A program made the position numbers and the translations under genes. The notes under the pieces are model-generated. The model had not been told where the DNA came from. It made no database searches and saw only the letters and a program-made list of their open reading frames with translations. 64,000 nucleotides of DNA, from positions 2,565 through 66,564 of the forward strand of contig CAYMHO010000007.1 of the NCBI GenBank assembly GCA_964390195.1, written 5' to 3'. This document shows, one piece after another, positions 33,233 through 41,765 of the stretch; position 1 is the first letter of the stretch, and each line of letters begins with the position of its first letter. Source of the DNA: an uncultured Fimbriiglobus sp. (lineage in GTDB: Bacteria; Planctomycetota; Planctomycetia; Gemmatales; Gemmataceae).

Positions 33233-34531
33233 TCAGTGCCGGTCGCCGTCCGGTTGCTCGCCGTCGAACGGTTCCCATTCGAGCAGATGGCGGAGCAACT
33301 TCACCCCTTCGGCCGCCCGCCGCGAGAGTGTCCCCCGCGGCACCCCGGCGATCGCCGCCGCCTCGTGCTGGGTGTGCCCGTCCAGGTATCGCAACCGCAC
33401 CGCCTGACCCAGTTCCGCCGGCAGGCGGTCGAGGGCGACGGTCAGCGAGTCGTCCGCCACCGCCGGGGGCGACTCCACCCGTTCGCCCTTCGCCGCCCGC
33501 TGCTCGTGCTTCTGCCGCCGCCGCTTCGCCCGCAGGAACGCCAGTGCGGCGTTCCGCGACACCGTCCGCAGCCAGCCGGTGAGGGTGCCGGGGAATTGTG
33601 CCCGCGTCCGGGCCAGTTCGGTCAGCACGAACTGGCTCACGTCCTGGGCGTCGGTGCGGTTGCCGACGATCCGCAGGACGGTGCGGTTCACGGCCGGCCC
33701 ATGCCGCCGGGCGAGCGCGTCGAACGCCTCCGCCGACTTCCCGTGTCGGTGAGCCTCCATCAGCACCGGGTCGTGGACCTGCTGAACCGGAATCACGAAC
33801 AGCGTGGCCGACCGGGCCGGACCGCCGGACTCGGGGAGTGTGACGGTGAGGACGTCCGGGGTGGTGGCGAACACCGCCCGCGGGGTGACGGTCGCGTGCG
33901 GGGCGTCGGCCCGCAGGGTGACGACGCCGGGAACCGACGTGGTGCCGGCGGCGGTGTGGGCGGCCAAAGTGAACGGCACGCGGATCGGCGCGGAGGTCGG
34001 TCGGGCGACGATGCGGAAGGCCGGGGTGTCGGGCGTGAGCCGCTCGCCGGCCGCCGGCGACAGGGAGACGACTGCCACGTTCGCCGGCGGGGCGGACGGG
34101 TTGGGCGACGCCGGGGCCGGCAGATCGACCGTCGAGCCGGTGGCGGGGGTGGTCGGCTTCGGGAGTTCGGCCGGAGGGGCGACCGGGCGGAGGAACAGGA
34201 GGAGCGGCTGCCACTGCCCGACCGTGTCGGCCGCGGCATCGACCGCCACGCCGACGAACGCCGGCGGGTCCACCGGCGGGTCGAGCAGATCAGCCGGCAG
34301 TTCGATGTCAACGACCCAATCGTTCTCGTCGGGCTGTTCGCCCTCGGCGGGGGCGGGGGTGTCGCCCGGCAGCCGAACCCACCCTTCAGCCACAGGCACG
34401 TCGGCGGTGACGAGGGCGGACGGGCAGACGCGATCGGGGAGCGTTTCGAGGTTGATTCGTACGGACTGCCGCGACCGCCGCGGGGCGGGGGTTTGGGCGA
34501 ACAGGCGGTTCCACCAGTCTCGCAGCATCAT
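33233..34531 (-). CDS. ECF-type sigma-70 factor domain with ~255-aa N-terminal extension (extent of coding uncertain)
   Basis: The C-terminal 175 aa have sigma regions 2 and 4 (DAQDVSQFVLTEL; LPAELGQAVRLRYLDGHTQHEAAAIAGVPRGTLSRRAAEG). The same frame stays open upstream through a Pro/Thr/Val-rich, beta-like region. Confidence 0.55.
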   Translation of the reverse strand: MMLRDWWNRLFAQTPAPRRSRQSVRINLETLPDRVCPSALVTADVPVAEGWVRLPGDTPAPAEGEQPDENDWVVDIELPADLLDPPVDPPAFVGVAVDAAADTVGQWQPLLLFLRPVAPPAELPKPTTPATGSTVDLPAPASPNPSAPPANVAVVSLSPAAGERLTPDTPAFRIVARPTSAPIRVPFTLAAHTAAGTTSVPGVVTLRADAPHATVTPRAVFATTPDVLTVTLPESGGPARSATLFVIPVQQVHDPVLMEAHRHGKSAEAFDALARRHGPAVNRTVLRIVGNRTDAQDVSQFVLTELARTRAQFPGTLTGWLRTVSRNAALAFLRAKRRRQKHEQRAAKGERVESPPAVADDSLTVALDRLPAELGQAVRLRYLDGHTQHEAAAIAGVPRGTLSRRAAEGVKLLRHLLEWEPFDGEQPDGDRH

Positions 34532-34633
34532 GCCGAAGGTTCCAATACGGCGGCGTGGACATCCCATCCCATCAACAGTGCCGCCCACCGGCCAGTTGCT
34601 CGCGCCGCCGCGACAGATTTTTTTATCACTCCG

Positions 34634-37600
34634 TCACTTCCCGATCCGCGCGTCCTGTGTCGCCCAGGAGATACCGTTCACCAGCAGTTTGAGGAAGTTC
34701 TCTTCCTCGAAATCCTGCTGGTGGCCGAGGGAGGTGTAGAAGATGCGTTGCTTCACCTTCTTCTCGCCGACCTCGCGCGCGCGGACCCACGTGACCGGCT
34801 CGGTGCCGTCCTTCCCGCCGCCGGTCATCAGGACCGTGATGTCCTTCGCCGCCCCGGTGTTCCGGTACAAACTGGCCTCGCTCGCCCACGGCTTCACCCC
34901 TTTCAAAATCGGGTGCTTCTCGCCGTCGGGCGTCAGCTTCAGCTCCCACTTGTCGCCCGCCTTGTAGTGGTTCTTGTAGTTGCCGCCGTACACGAGGGTG
35001 TCCATCTCCAACCACGTCTGGAAGCCGTGGCTGGCAGTGCGGATGCCGATGACCGGCTTGCCGCTGTCGCAGTACGCTTTCACCGCCTTCACCTGATCGT
35101 CGCCGATCTTCAGCCGGCGGGTGAAGAACACGGCCGCGTCACACTCCGTAAGTTTCTCCAGCTTGCTGAAATCGGTGTCCTTCTCGGTGAAGAAGATCCG
35201 CACGCACTCCACCGGGTAGTTCTCTTCCAGCCGCTTTTGCAGGACGGGCATCACCTCGTTCGACTTGTACTCGTCGGCACCGGAGACCAGGGCGAGCTTG
35301 AGCTTCTTCTTCTCGTCCTTCTTCTCCGACGAGCCGCGACCGCCATGGAGCGGTTCCTTGTCCCCGCTCCCTGGCGGTCGCGGCTCGTCCCGACCCAGAT
35401 ACGCGAACAGGTCCCGAATCTCCGGTTCGCTCATCGTGTCGAGCAGCTTCTCGGGCATCAGTGACACCCCGCTGTCAGTCACCTTGTCCACGTCCTTGTG
35501 GGCGAGGGTCAGCGTCTCGACCTTGTCGTTGGCGTAGGTGGACAGCGTGAACCCCTGCGGTGTCTGGGCGGACATCACCCCCGTGAGGGTGCGGCCGTCG
35601 AGCGTGTTCACCACCTGCGTGACGTACTCCGGGCGGATGTACCCGCTCGGATCAACGATGCTCGCCAGTAGCGAGCCGCGGTTCTTGCGGTCGGCGGTGG
35701 TCAGGTCGGGGCCGACCTTGCCGCCCTCGCCGAACAACTGGTGGCACGCCCCGCACGCCTTCGTGAAGATCGCCTTCCCCTTTGCCGGGTCGCCCGGTTT
35801 CTCGCGGCCGAGCATGGTGTTCAGCGACGCAATGCGGGCCTGCTTCTCGCCGGCGGTGGCCGATAGCTTGCCGAAGTGCTTCTCCACCAGTGGGGTGAGT
35901 TCCTTGTGGTCGAACGCGACGGCGGCTTTGGCCTGCTCGACGCTCACATCGGCCTTCGGGAACGCGCCGGCGTCGAGTTGCTTGAACAGGGCGACCGCCC
36001 ACTCCGGTTTCGACAACAGCGCCTGAACCGCTCGCTTCTTCACTGCCGCCGACCACTTGGGGTAAAGCTCCAGGAATCCGTCGGCGGTACCCTTTGGTGT
36101 CGTGGATTCGACCGACCCGACGAACGCGAGTCGCAAATCGTCGGACGTCGCCTCCTTCAAACGCGAGAGTAGCCACCCGCCGACAGCCGCCTTCTCTTTC
36201 TCCTTTCGCACCCGCCCCAAAGCGGCAACCCACTTCACCCGCTCGGCGGTTGCGTGTTTGTCATCCGCGACGTACCGACGAGCCTCGGCAATGGAATCCG
36301 GATGCCCCAGGCTGATGAGGATCCGGAACGTGAGTTCCCGGTTCTCGATGTAGGTTTCATTCAGTTCCTTTGCGAGGGTCTCAGCCACAGTCGCGAGGTG
36401 CCTCTCCGGCAGCGTCGGGACGGCGGCCTCGATCCCCCGGAGTACGGCCTCCCGGAGTGGTTCGTCCACGTCCCGCAGGACGCGAACCGGGCTCAACTTC
36501 TCGTTGAATCGGTCTCCGTCGTGGTCGGAACTGAGCCCCCGGCGGACGGCTCGCTCGATCAGAAACGCCTGCGTGTCCGCGGTCAGTTGGCTCGTTCGAA
36601 GGGTGGTCCCGATTTGCCCGTCGTCAACCGTCTCTGTGATGTGCAGGTACGCCCACCACAGCAATAAGCGTGCGGACGGGTCGGTATCGATCCCCTTCCG
36701 CTCCAATAACGCTTCGAACAGCTTGCCCGCGTCGACAGGTGGCAACTGCCGAACCGCACACAAGTACGCGGCGAGAACGGTGGGACTCTCGTCCGTCGCG
36801 GTGTTGCCGAGGAACCGCTCCAACGAATCCGTGGTGAAAGCGTTCGGCTCCTGCGCCAGCAGCCGCACCGCCCATGCCCGAACGTGCGGGTTCGGGTGAT
36901 CGAACAGGGTGTCCGCCGTCGGCCACTCGATCGACGGCGCACACTCGTGGAGCACCCACAGCGCCTCAAGCGCGGCCGACCCCTTCCCCCCTACCAGTTC
37001 GCGCAGTGCTGTGAACGTCTCGCCCACGTCCTCTCGCCCGATCAACTCCTGCCTCGCCATCCGCCGCCACCAGATGTTCGGGTGCTTCAGTAACTCCACC
37101 AACTCCGCTGACTTCATCTTCCGCAGGTCGAACGGCTTCTGCGGCTTCGCCCCGGTGTACTCGATCTTGTAAACGCGGCCGTTGGTCTTGTCCCAGTTGT
37201 CGATCGGGTCGAGGTGAGCGGCCCGCTTGTCGTACCAGTCGGCCACGTACACGCACCCGTCGGGGCCGAGCTGCAGGTCCACCGGGCGGAACTGGTCGTC
37301 GTTCGCCACCAGCAAATCGGTGCCGTGTTCGGCGGTGAAGCTCGCCCCCTTCGGCGTGAGCTTGTGCGTGTACACCGCGTTCGACAGCAGGTTGCCGGCG
37401 ATGTACTGCCCGCGGAACTCCTTCGGGTACGCGTCCGCGTCGTAGATGACCCCGCCGCACGTGACGTGCCCGCCCTTGAACCCCTTGTACGGGACGTGGT
37501 CGAAGTACCCGTAGGCGTGCGGGTTGTGCAGTGGGCCGTGCTTGCTGAACCCCTTGACGTAGTACGCCCCCGGCAGGTGGTGCAGGCACGCGAACCCGCC

Positions 37601-38371
37601 CCAGTTGGTACCCGCGATGCACTGCCCGTTGGCGTCGAAGTCGAGGCCGTAGGTGTTGCCCCCGCCCTCGGAGAACAGCTCGAAGCGTTTCGACTGCGGG
37701 TGGTATCGCCAGATGCCCTGTTGGAACTCAATCGGCGTCTTGGTGGTGCCGGACGGGTCTTCGATCTTCGATGTGCTGGTGCTGCCAGCGGCACCGTACA
37801 GCCAGCCGTCGGGGCCGAATTGCAGGCTGTTGGCGAGGCTGTGCGTGTCGTCCAGGCCGAAGCCCTTGAGTAGCACTTCCGGGTCGCCGTCTGGCACGTC
37901 GTCGTGGTTCTTGTCGGCGTAGAAGAGCAGGTACGGCGGCTGGACGACGTACACGCCATCGTTCGCCAGGCAGAACCCGCTCGCCACGTTCAGCCCGGTG
38001 ACGAAGTCCTTCGACTTCTGGAACACCCCGTTCGCGTCCGGGTCGTAGCAGATGGTGACCTTGTCGAGGCCCTTCGGCCCCTTCGGCGGCGGGTCGAGCA
38101 CTTTGTCCCACTGCGTCCGCAGGTACTGGTCCTGCTTCACCGGCTTCAGCCCGGCCGGGTTGGGGTATTGCAGGTATTGCAGCACCCACAGCCGGCCGGT
38201 GTGGTCGAAGCTGATGCTCAGCGGTTGGCGAATCATCGGCTCGGACGCCACGCACCGGGCGGTGAACCCGTCCGGCAGCTTCATCTTCGCCACCGCGTCG
38301 GCCGGGCTGAGCGGCTGGGCGAGGAGGGGGGAGGCGAGTAGCAGCATGGAGAGGGCTGCGTAACGACTCAT
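34634..38371 (-). CDS. PVC-type heme-binding CxxCH protein (membrane-bound dehydrogenase domain, HEAT-like repeats, cytochrome c) fused to a ThuA-like C-terminal domain
   Basis: Signal peptide. A propeller-like N-terminal dehydrogenase region. CGACHQLFGEGGKVGPDL heme c site. C-terminal KLALVSGADEYKSNE...IFYTSLGH is ThuA-like. Confidence 0.8.
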   Translation of the reverse strand: MSRYAALSMLLLASPLLAQPLSPADAVAKMKLPDGFTARCVASEPMIRQPLSISFDHTGRLWVLQYLQYPNPAGLKPVKQDQYLRTQWDKVLDPPPKGPKGLDKVTICYDPDANGVFQKSKDFVTGLNVASGFCLANDGVYVVQPPYLLFYADKNHDDVPDGDPEVLLKGFGLDDTHSLANSLQFGPDGWLYGAAGSTSTSKIEDPSGTTKTPIEFQQGIWRYHPQSKRFELFSEGGGNTYGLDFDANGQCIAGTNWGGFACLHHLPGAYYVKGFSKHGPLHNPHAYGYFDHVPYKGFKGGHVTCGGVIYDADAYPKEFRGQYIAGNLLSNAVYTHKLTPKGASFTAEHGTDLLVANDDQFRPVDLQLGPDGCVYVADWYDKRAAHLDPIDNWDKTNGRVYKIEYTGAKPQKPFDLRKMKSAELVELLKHPNIWWRRMARQELIGREDVGETFTALRELVGGKGSAALEALWVLHECAPSIEWPTADTLFDHPNPHVRAWAVRLLAQEPNAFTTDSLERFLGNTATDESPTVLAAYLCAVRQLPPVDAGKLFEALLERKGIDTDPSARLLLWWAYLHITETVDDGQIGTTLRTSQLTADTQAFLIERAVRRGLSSDHDGDRFNEKLSPVRVLRDVDEPLREAVLRGIEAAVPTLPERHLATVAETLAKELNETYIENRELTFRILISLGHPDSIAEARRYVADDKHATAERVKWVAALGRVRKEKEKAAVGGWLLSRLKEATSDDLRLAFVGSVESTTPKGTADGFLELYPKWSAAVKKRAVQALLSKPEWAVALFKQLDAGAFPKADVSVEQAKAAVAFDHKELTPLVEKHFGKLSATAGEKQARIASLNTMLGREKPGDPAKGKAIFTKACGACHQLFGEGGKVGPDLTTADRKNRGSLLASIVDPSGYIRPEYVTQVVNTLDGRTLTGVMSAQTPQGFTLSTYANDKVETLTLAHKDVDKVTDSGVSLMPEKLLDTMSEPEIRDLFAYLGRDEPRPPGSGDKEPLHGGRGSSEKKDEKKKLKLALVSGADEYKSNEVMPVLQKRLEENYPVECVRIFFTEKDTDFSKLEKLTECDAAVFFTRRLKIGDDQVKAVKAYCDSGKPVIGIRTASHGFQTWLEMDTLVYGGNYKNHYKAGDKWELKLTPDGEKHPILKGVKPWASEASLYRNTGAAKDITVLMTGGGKDGTEPVTWVRAREVGEKKVKQRIFYTSLGHQQDFEEENFLKLLVNGISWATQDARIGK

Positions 38372-38457
38372 CGCGGAATCTCCGAGTGGACCGCCGGCGG
38401 ATGTGGAATAAGAATCGTGCATTCGCCCGCCGCCTGCAACACCTCTCCGGAAAACCG

Positions 38458-40011
38458 ATGACCCCTGCCCGCGCCCGCTGGCTCGCCCTCATCGCCGCCC
38501 TCCTCGGGTGGATGTTCGACGGGCTGGAGATGGGCCTGTTCCCACTCGTCGGGCAGAACGCCCTGCGGGAGTTGTTACAGGTGGAGGAGCGGTTCGCTGA
38601 CGAGCGTGCGGCGGCCGAACCGGCGAGTGCCCTGATGGGCGGGGTGGTCGCGACACCGGCGCGGGCGGCACTGGAGACCGAACTGGGGGCGTGGTTCGGG
38701 GTCATCAACGCCGGCTTCCTCATCGGGGCGGCCACCGGCGGGGTGCTGTTTGGCTGGCTGGGCGACCGCATCGGGCGGGTGCGGGCGATGACCCTGAGCG
38801 TACTCGTGTACGCCGGCTGCTCCGGGCTGTGCGGGTTCGTCGCCGCCCCGTGGCAGCTCGCGGCCCTGCGGTTCACCGGGGCACTCGGCATGGGCGGCGA
38901 GTGGGCGCTCGGGGTGGCGCTCGTCATGGAGATGTGGCCGGGCGCATCGCGGGCGTGGCTGGCCGGGCTGATCGGGGCGTTCGGCAACCTGGGTTACTTC
39001 CTGCTGGCGTGCATCGCCCTCGGGCTGAACCGCGTCGGCGGGGAGGTGGGCCAGTGGCTCACCTCGGTCGGGCTGAGCGGCGAGGTGGTGACGTACTTCA
39101 CCCGCAACGGCAACTGGCGGCTGCTCATGGCGGTCGGGGCACTGCCGGCGATCCTCACCCTGTTCATCCGCCTGTTCGTACCGGAGTCCGAGAAGTGGAC
39201 GAACGAACAGAAGGCGGGGGCGGTCAGCCACTGGCGGACGGCCGACTTGCTCGCGGTGCTCGTCGGTGCCACCATCGGCGCCGGCGTGCTGACCCTGTGG
39301 GTCGTCCCGCTGGACCTGTGGGTGCGAATCGTCGGCACACTGGCGGGCGTCGGCGCCATCACCCTGTGCTACCTGTTCCCCAGCCGGCAGTACCTGATCC
39401 GGGCCAACCTGCCGACGGCCGAGCGGCGGCACCTGATCGGGCGGATGCTACTGGCGGCGGGCCTGAGCGGGGTGCCGCTGCTGGCCACCTGGGGCGGGGT
39501 GATGTGGGTGTACAACCTGGTCGGCACCCTGGCCGCGAGCAACCCCGACGCCAAGCCGCTCACGCAGGCCAGTTCGGCGTTCGGGGCGGCGGTCGGGTGC
39601 GTGCTGGCGGCGGTGCTCGGCGGGCTGATCGGGCGGAAGTGGGCGTACGCCATCTTGTGCGTGCTGTCCGGGGCGACGCTGTTCGGGTTCTACACCCTCT
39701 TCCGCAGTTTCGACGAGTGGTTCATCCTGGCGGCCGGCGTGGTCGGCCTGATCACCGCCTCGTTTTACGGCTGGCTCCCGCTCTACCTGCCGGAGCTGTT
39801 CCCGACCAAAGTGCGGGCGACCGGGCAGGGGTTCGGGTTCAACTTCGGCCGCATCCTGGCGTCGGTCGGGTCGCTGCAAACGCTGGCGCTGCTGAAGGCG
39901 TTCGACGGCGACTACGCGAAGGCCTGTTCGGTGGCGGCGGGGGTGTACGTCCTCGGACTGGTGCTGGTGCTGTTCGCCCCCGAGACGAAGGGAAAGCCGC
40001 TGCCCTCGTGA
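38458..40011 (+). CDS. MFS transporter
   Basis: About 12 predicted TM helices. GWLGDRIGRVRAM loop motif. Confidence 0.85.
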   Translation: MTPARARWLALIAALLGWMFDGLEMGLFPLVGQNALRELLQVEERFADERAAAEPASALMGGVVATPARAALETELGAWFGVINAGFLIGAATGGVLFGWLGDRIGRVRAMTLSVLVYAGCSGLCGFVAAPWQLAALRFTGALGMGGEWALGVALVMEMWPGASRAWLAGLIGAFGNLGYFLLACIALGLNRVGGEVGQWLTSVGLSGEVVTYFTRNGNWRLLMAVGALPAILTLFIRLFVPESEKWTNEQKAGAVSHWRTADLLAVLVGATIGAGVLTLWVVPLDLWVRIVGTLAGVGAITLCYLFPSRQYLIRANLPTAERRHLIGRMLLAAGLSGVPLLATWGGVMWVYNLVGTLAASNPDAKPLTQASSAFGAAVGCVLAAVLGGLIGRKWAYAILCVLSGATLFGFYTLFRSFDEWFILAAGVVGLITASFYGWLPLYLPELFPTKVRATGQGFGFNFGRILASVGSLQTLALLKAFDGDYAKACSVAAGVYVLGLVLVLFAPETKGKPLPS

Positions 40012-40101
40012 GCGAATAGCCCGCCGGGGAGTGCCCCGCTTCGCGCTGAATCGCGGCGCACGATCTGCTATATCTCTGACTGCGACCCATCCGAGACGAC
40101 C

Positions 40102-40656
40102 ATGAGCGAGCAGACCCCCGCCACGGCACCCGTCGCCCCGTCCTCGAACGGCCCGCCGGTCGTCGACGCCGACGCCCGGCTGTCACGGATCGAGGCGGCG
40201 CTGTCGATGCTCGCGGCGCAGCAGGCGGCCGGCCCGCCGCCGGAGGGGTTCTCACGCCCCGGTTCCCCCCCACCCCCGTCCGGCCAGAACCCGCTCGTTC
40301 AGTTGTCCACGGCGGTGGAAGTGGCCCAGATGACCGGCCACCTGCCGGGCGGCTCGAAGAGGCGGGCGTGGCTGAAGTGGCCGGTCATTCGCGAGGTCAT
40401 CCTCGTCTGCCGGTTGTACTTCGACAAACGGTACAGCCCCACCCGCGCCGCCCAACTGGGCGTGCCGATCATCCTCACCCTGCTGGTGCTGAACTGGGCG
40501 TTCTTCTACTTCGCCTTCACCCTGCCGGTCGTCGCCCAGATTCTCGAACGGCTGGTCATCATGGGGCTGGCGGTGGTGCTGTACCGCATCCTGGCGGCCG
40601 AGGTGACGCGGTACGCGGCCGTGCTGGAGTACCTGGCCAAAACCGGCCGGGGGTGA
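40102..40656 (+). CDS. membrane protein of unknown function
   Basis: 184 aa. Pro/Ala-rich N-terminus and two C-terminal TM helices. Confidence 0.55.
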   Translation: MSEQTPATAPVAPSSNGPPVVDADARLSRIEAALSMLAAQQAAGPPPEGFSRPGSPPPPSGQNPLVQLSTAVEVAQMTGHLPGGSKRRAWLKWPVIREVILVCRLYFDKRYSPTRAAQLGVPIILTLLVLNWAFFYFAFTLPVVAQILERLVIMGLAVVLYRILAAEVTRYAAVLEYLAKTGRG

Positions 40657-40789
40657 GGGAGGGTCGTCTCGCCAGGCCGCAAAGCACGCAGCGAATGAAG
40701 GCCGGTCTTGTTGTCGACCTCGCCGACCTTGGTCCTCCTTGCGACCGTCGTGGGTTGGCGAGACATCCTGCTTCCGCGTGAGGACTCCG

Positions 40790-41524
40790 ATGATCAGGTT
40801 GGGCGTCAACATCGACCACGTCGCCACCGTGCGGCAGGCCCGCCGCACCTACGAGCCCGACCCGGTGACGGCCGCGGCGCTGGCCACCCTCGGCGGGGCG
40901 GACGCCATCACCGTCCACCTGCGGGAAGACCGCCGGCACATCCTCGACCGCGACGTGCTCATCCTCCGCCAGACGGTCCACACCCGGCTGAACCTGGAGA
41001 TGTCCACCGCCGCCGAGATCGTCGCCTTCGCCCTGGGCGTGAAACCGGACGAGGCCACGCTGGTGCCCGAGAAGCGGCAGGAGTTGACCACCGAGGGCGG
41101 GCTGGACGTGGCCGCCAACGCCACCGCCGTGCGAGCCGCCACCGACAAGCTGAAGGCGGCGGGGATTCAGGTGTCGCTGTTCATCGACGCCAACATCGAG
41201 CAGGTGGACATGGCGAAGGCGGTGGGGGCCGACGCGGTCGAGTTCCACACCGGCACCTACGCCGACGCGAAAGGGGAGGCCCAGGCGACCGCCCTCGCCG
41301 ACCTCCGCACCGCCGCCCACCACGCGGTGAACGCCGGCCTGCACGTCCACATGGGGCACGGGCTGAACTACCACAACGTCGGCCCGGTGGTCCGCATCCC
41401 CGGCGTCGAGGAGTTGAACATCGGGCACAGCATCGTCAGCCGGGCGGTGCTGGTCGGCCTGGAGCGGGCGGTGCGGGACATGAAGGCGGCGATGGCCGAA
41501 CACTTCCCCAACCCGCGGCGGTGA
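40790..41524 (+). CDS. pdxJ: pyridoxine 5'-phosphate synthase
   Basis: [42 protein letters not shown]. Confidence 0.9.
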   Translation: MIRLGVNIDHVATVRQARRTYEPDPVTAAALATLGGADAITVHLREDRRHILDRDVLILRQTVHTRLNLEMSTAAEIVAFALGVKPDEATLVPEKRQELTTEGGLDVAANATAVRAATDKLKAAGIQVSLFIDANIEQVDMAKAVGADAVEFHTGTYADAKGEAQATALADLRTAAHHAVNAGLHVHMGHGLNYHNVGPVVRIPGVEELNIGHSIVSRAVLVGLERAVRDMKAAMAEHFPNPRR

Positions 41525-41539
41525 GGGGGGTGAAAGAGA

Positions 41540-41682
41540 CCTCACCCCCGTCCCCCTCTCCATGTCATGGAGAGGGGGTGTTCAAGACCGATACCCTTCC
41601 GGTTGATCCGCGAACGGGGAACAACCTTCACGAGTTGAACACCCCCTCTCCATGACATGGAGAGGGGGACGGGGGGGTGAGG
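41540..41682. repeat. compound inverted repeat (~46-nt arms, each arm itself palindromic)
   Basis: Arm 41540-41585 is complementary to 41635-41682, apart from 2 extra C. Each arm contains ccccctctccatg(t/a)catggagaggggg. Loop ~49 nt. Confidence 0.8.
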
Positions 41683-41765
41683 TCCCACAACCTCGCCAAC
41701 ACTTCGCCGCCCGCATCCGCTATCCTGTCAGTGTCGGCCCCTCCGCACCGGACGTTCGCCCGCGA

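Noticed and set aside
33164-35464. 766-aa plus-strand ORF across the sigma factor and heme-dehydrogenase genes
   Set aside because: Antisense to two genes with clear domain signatures. Composition is dominated by R/G/A/V/H runs. Treated as a high-GC artefact.
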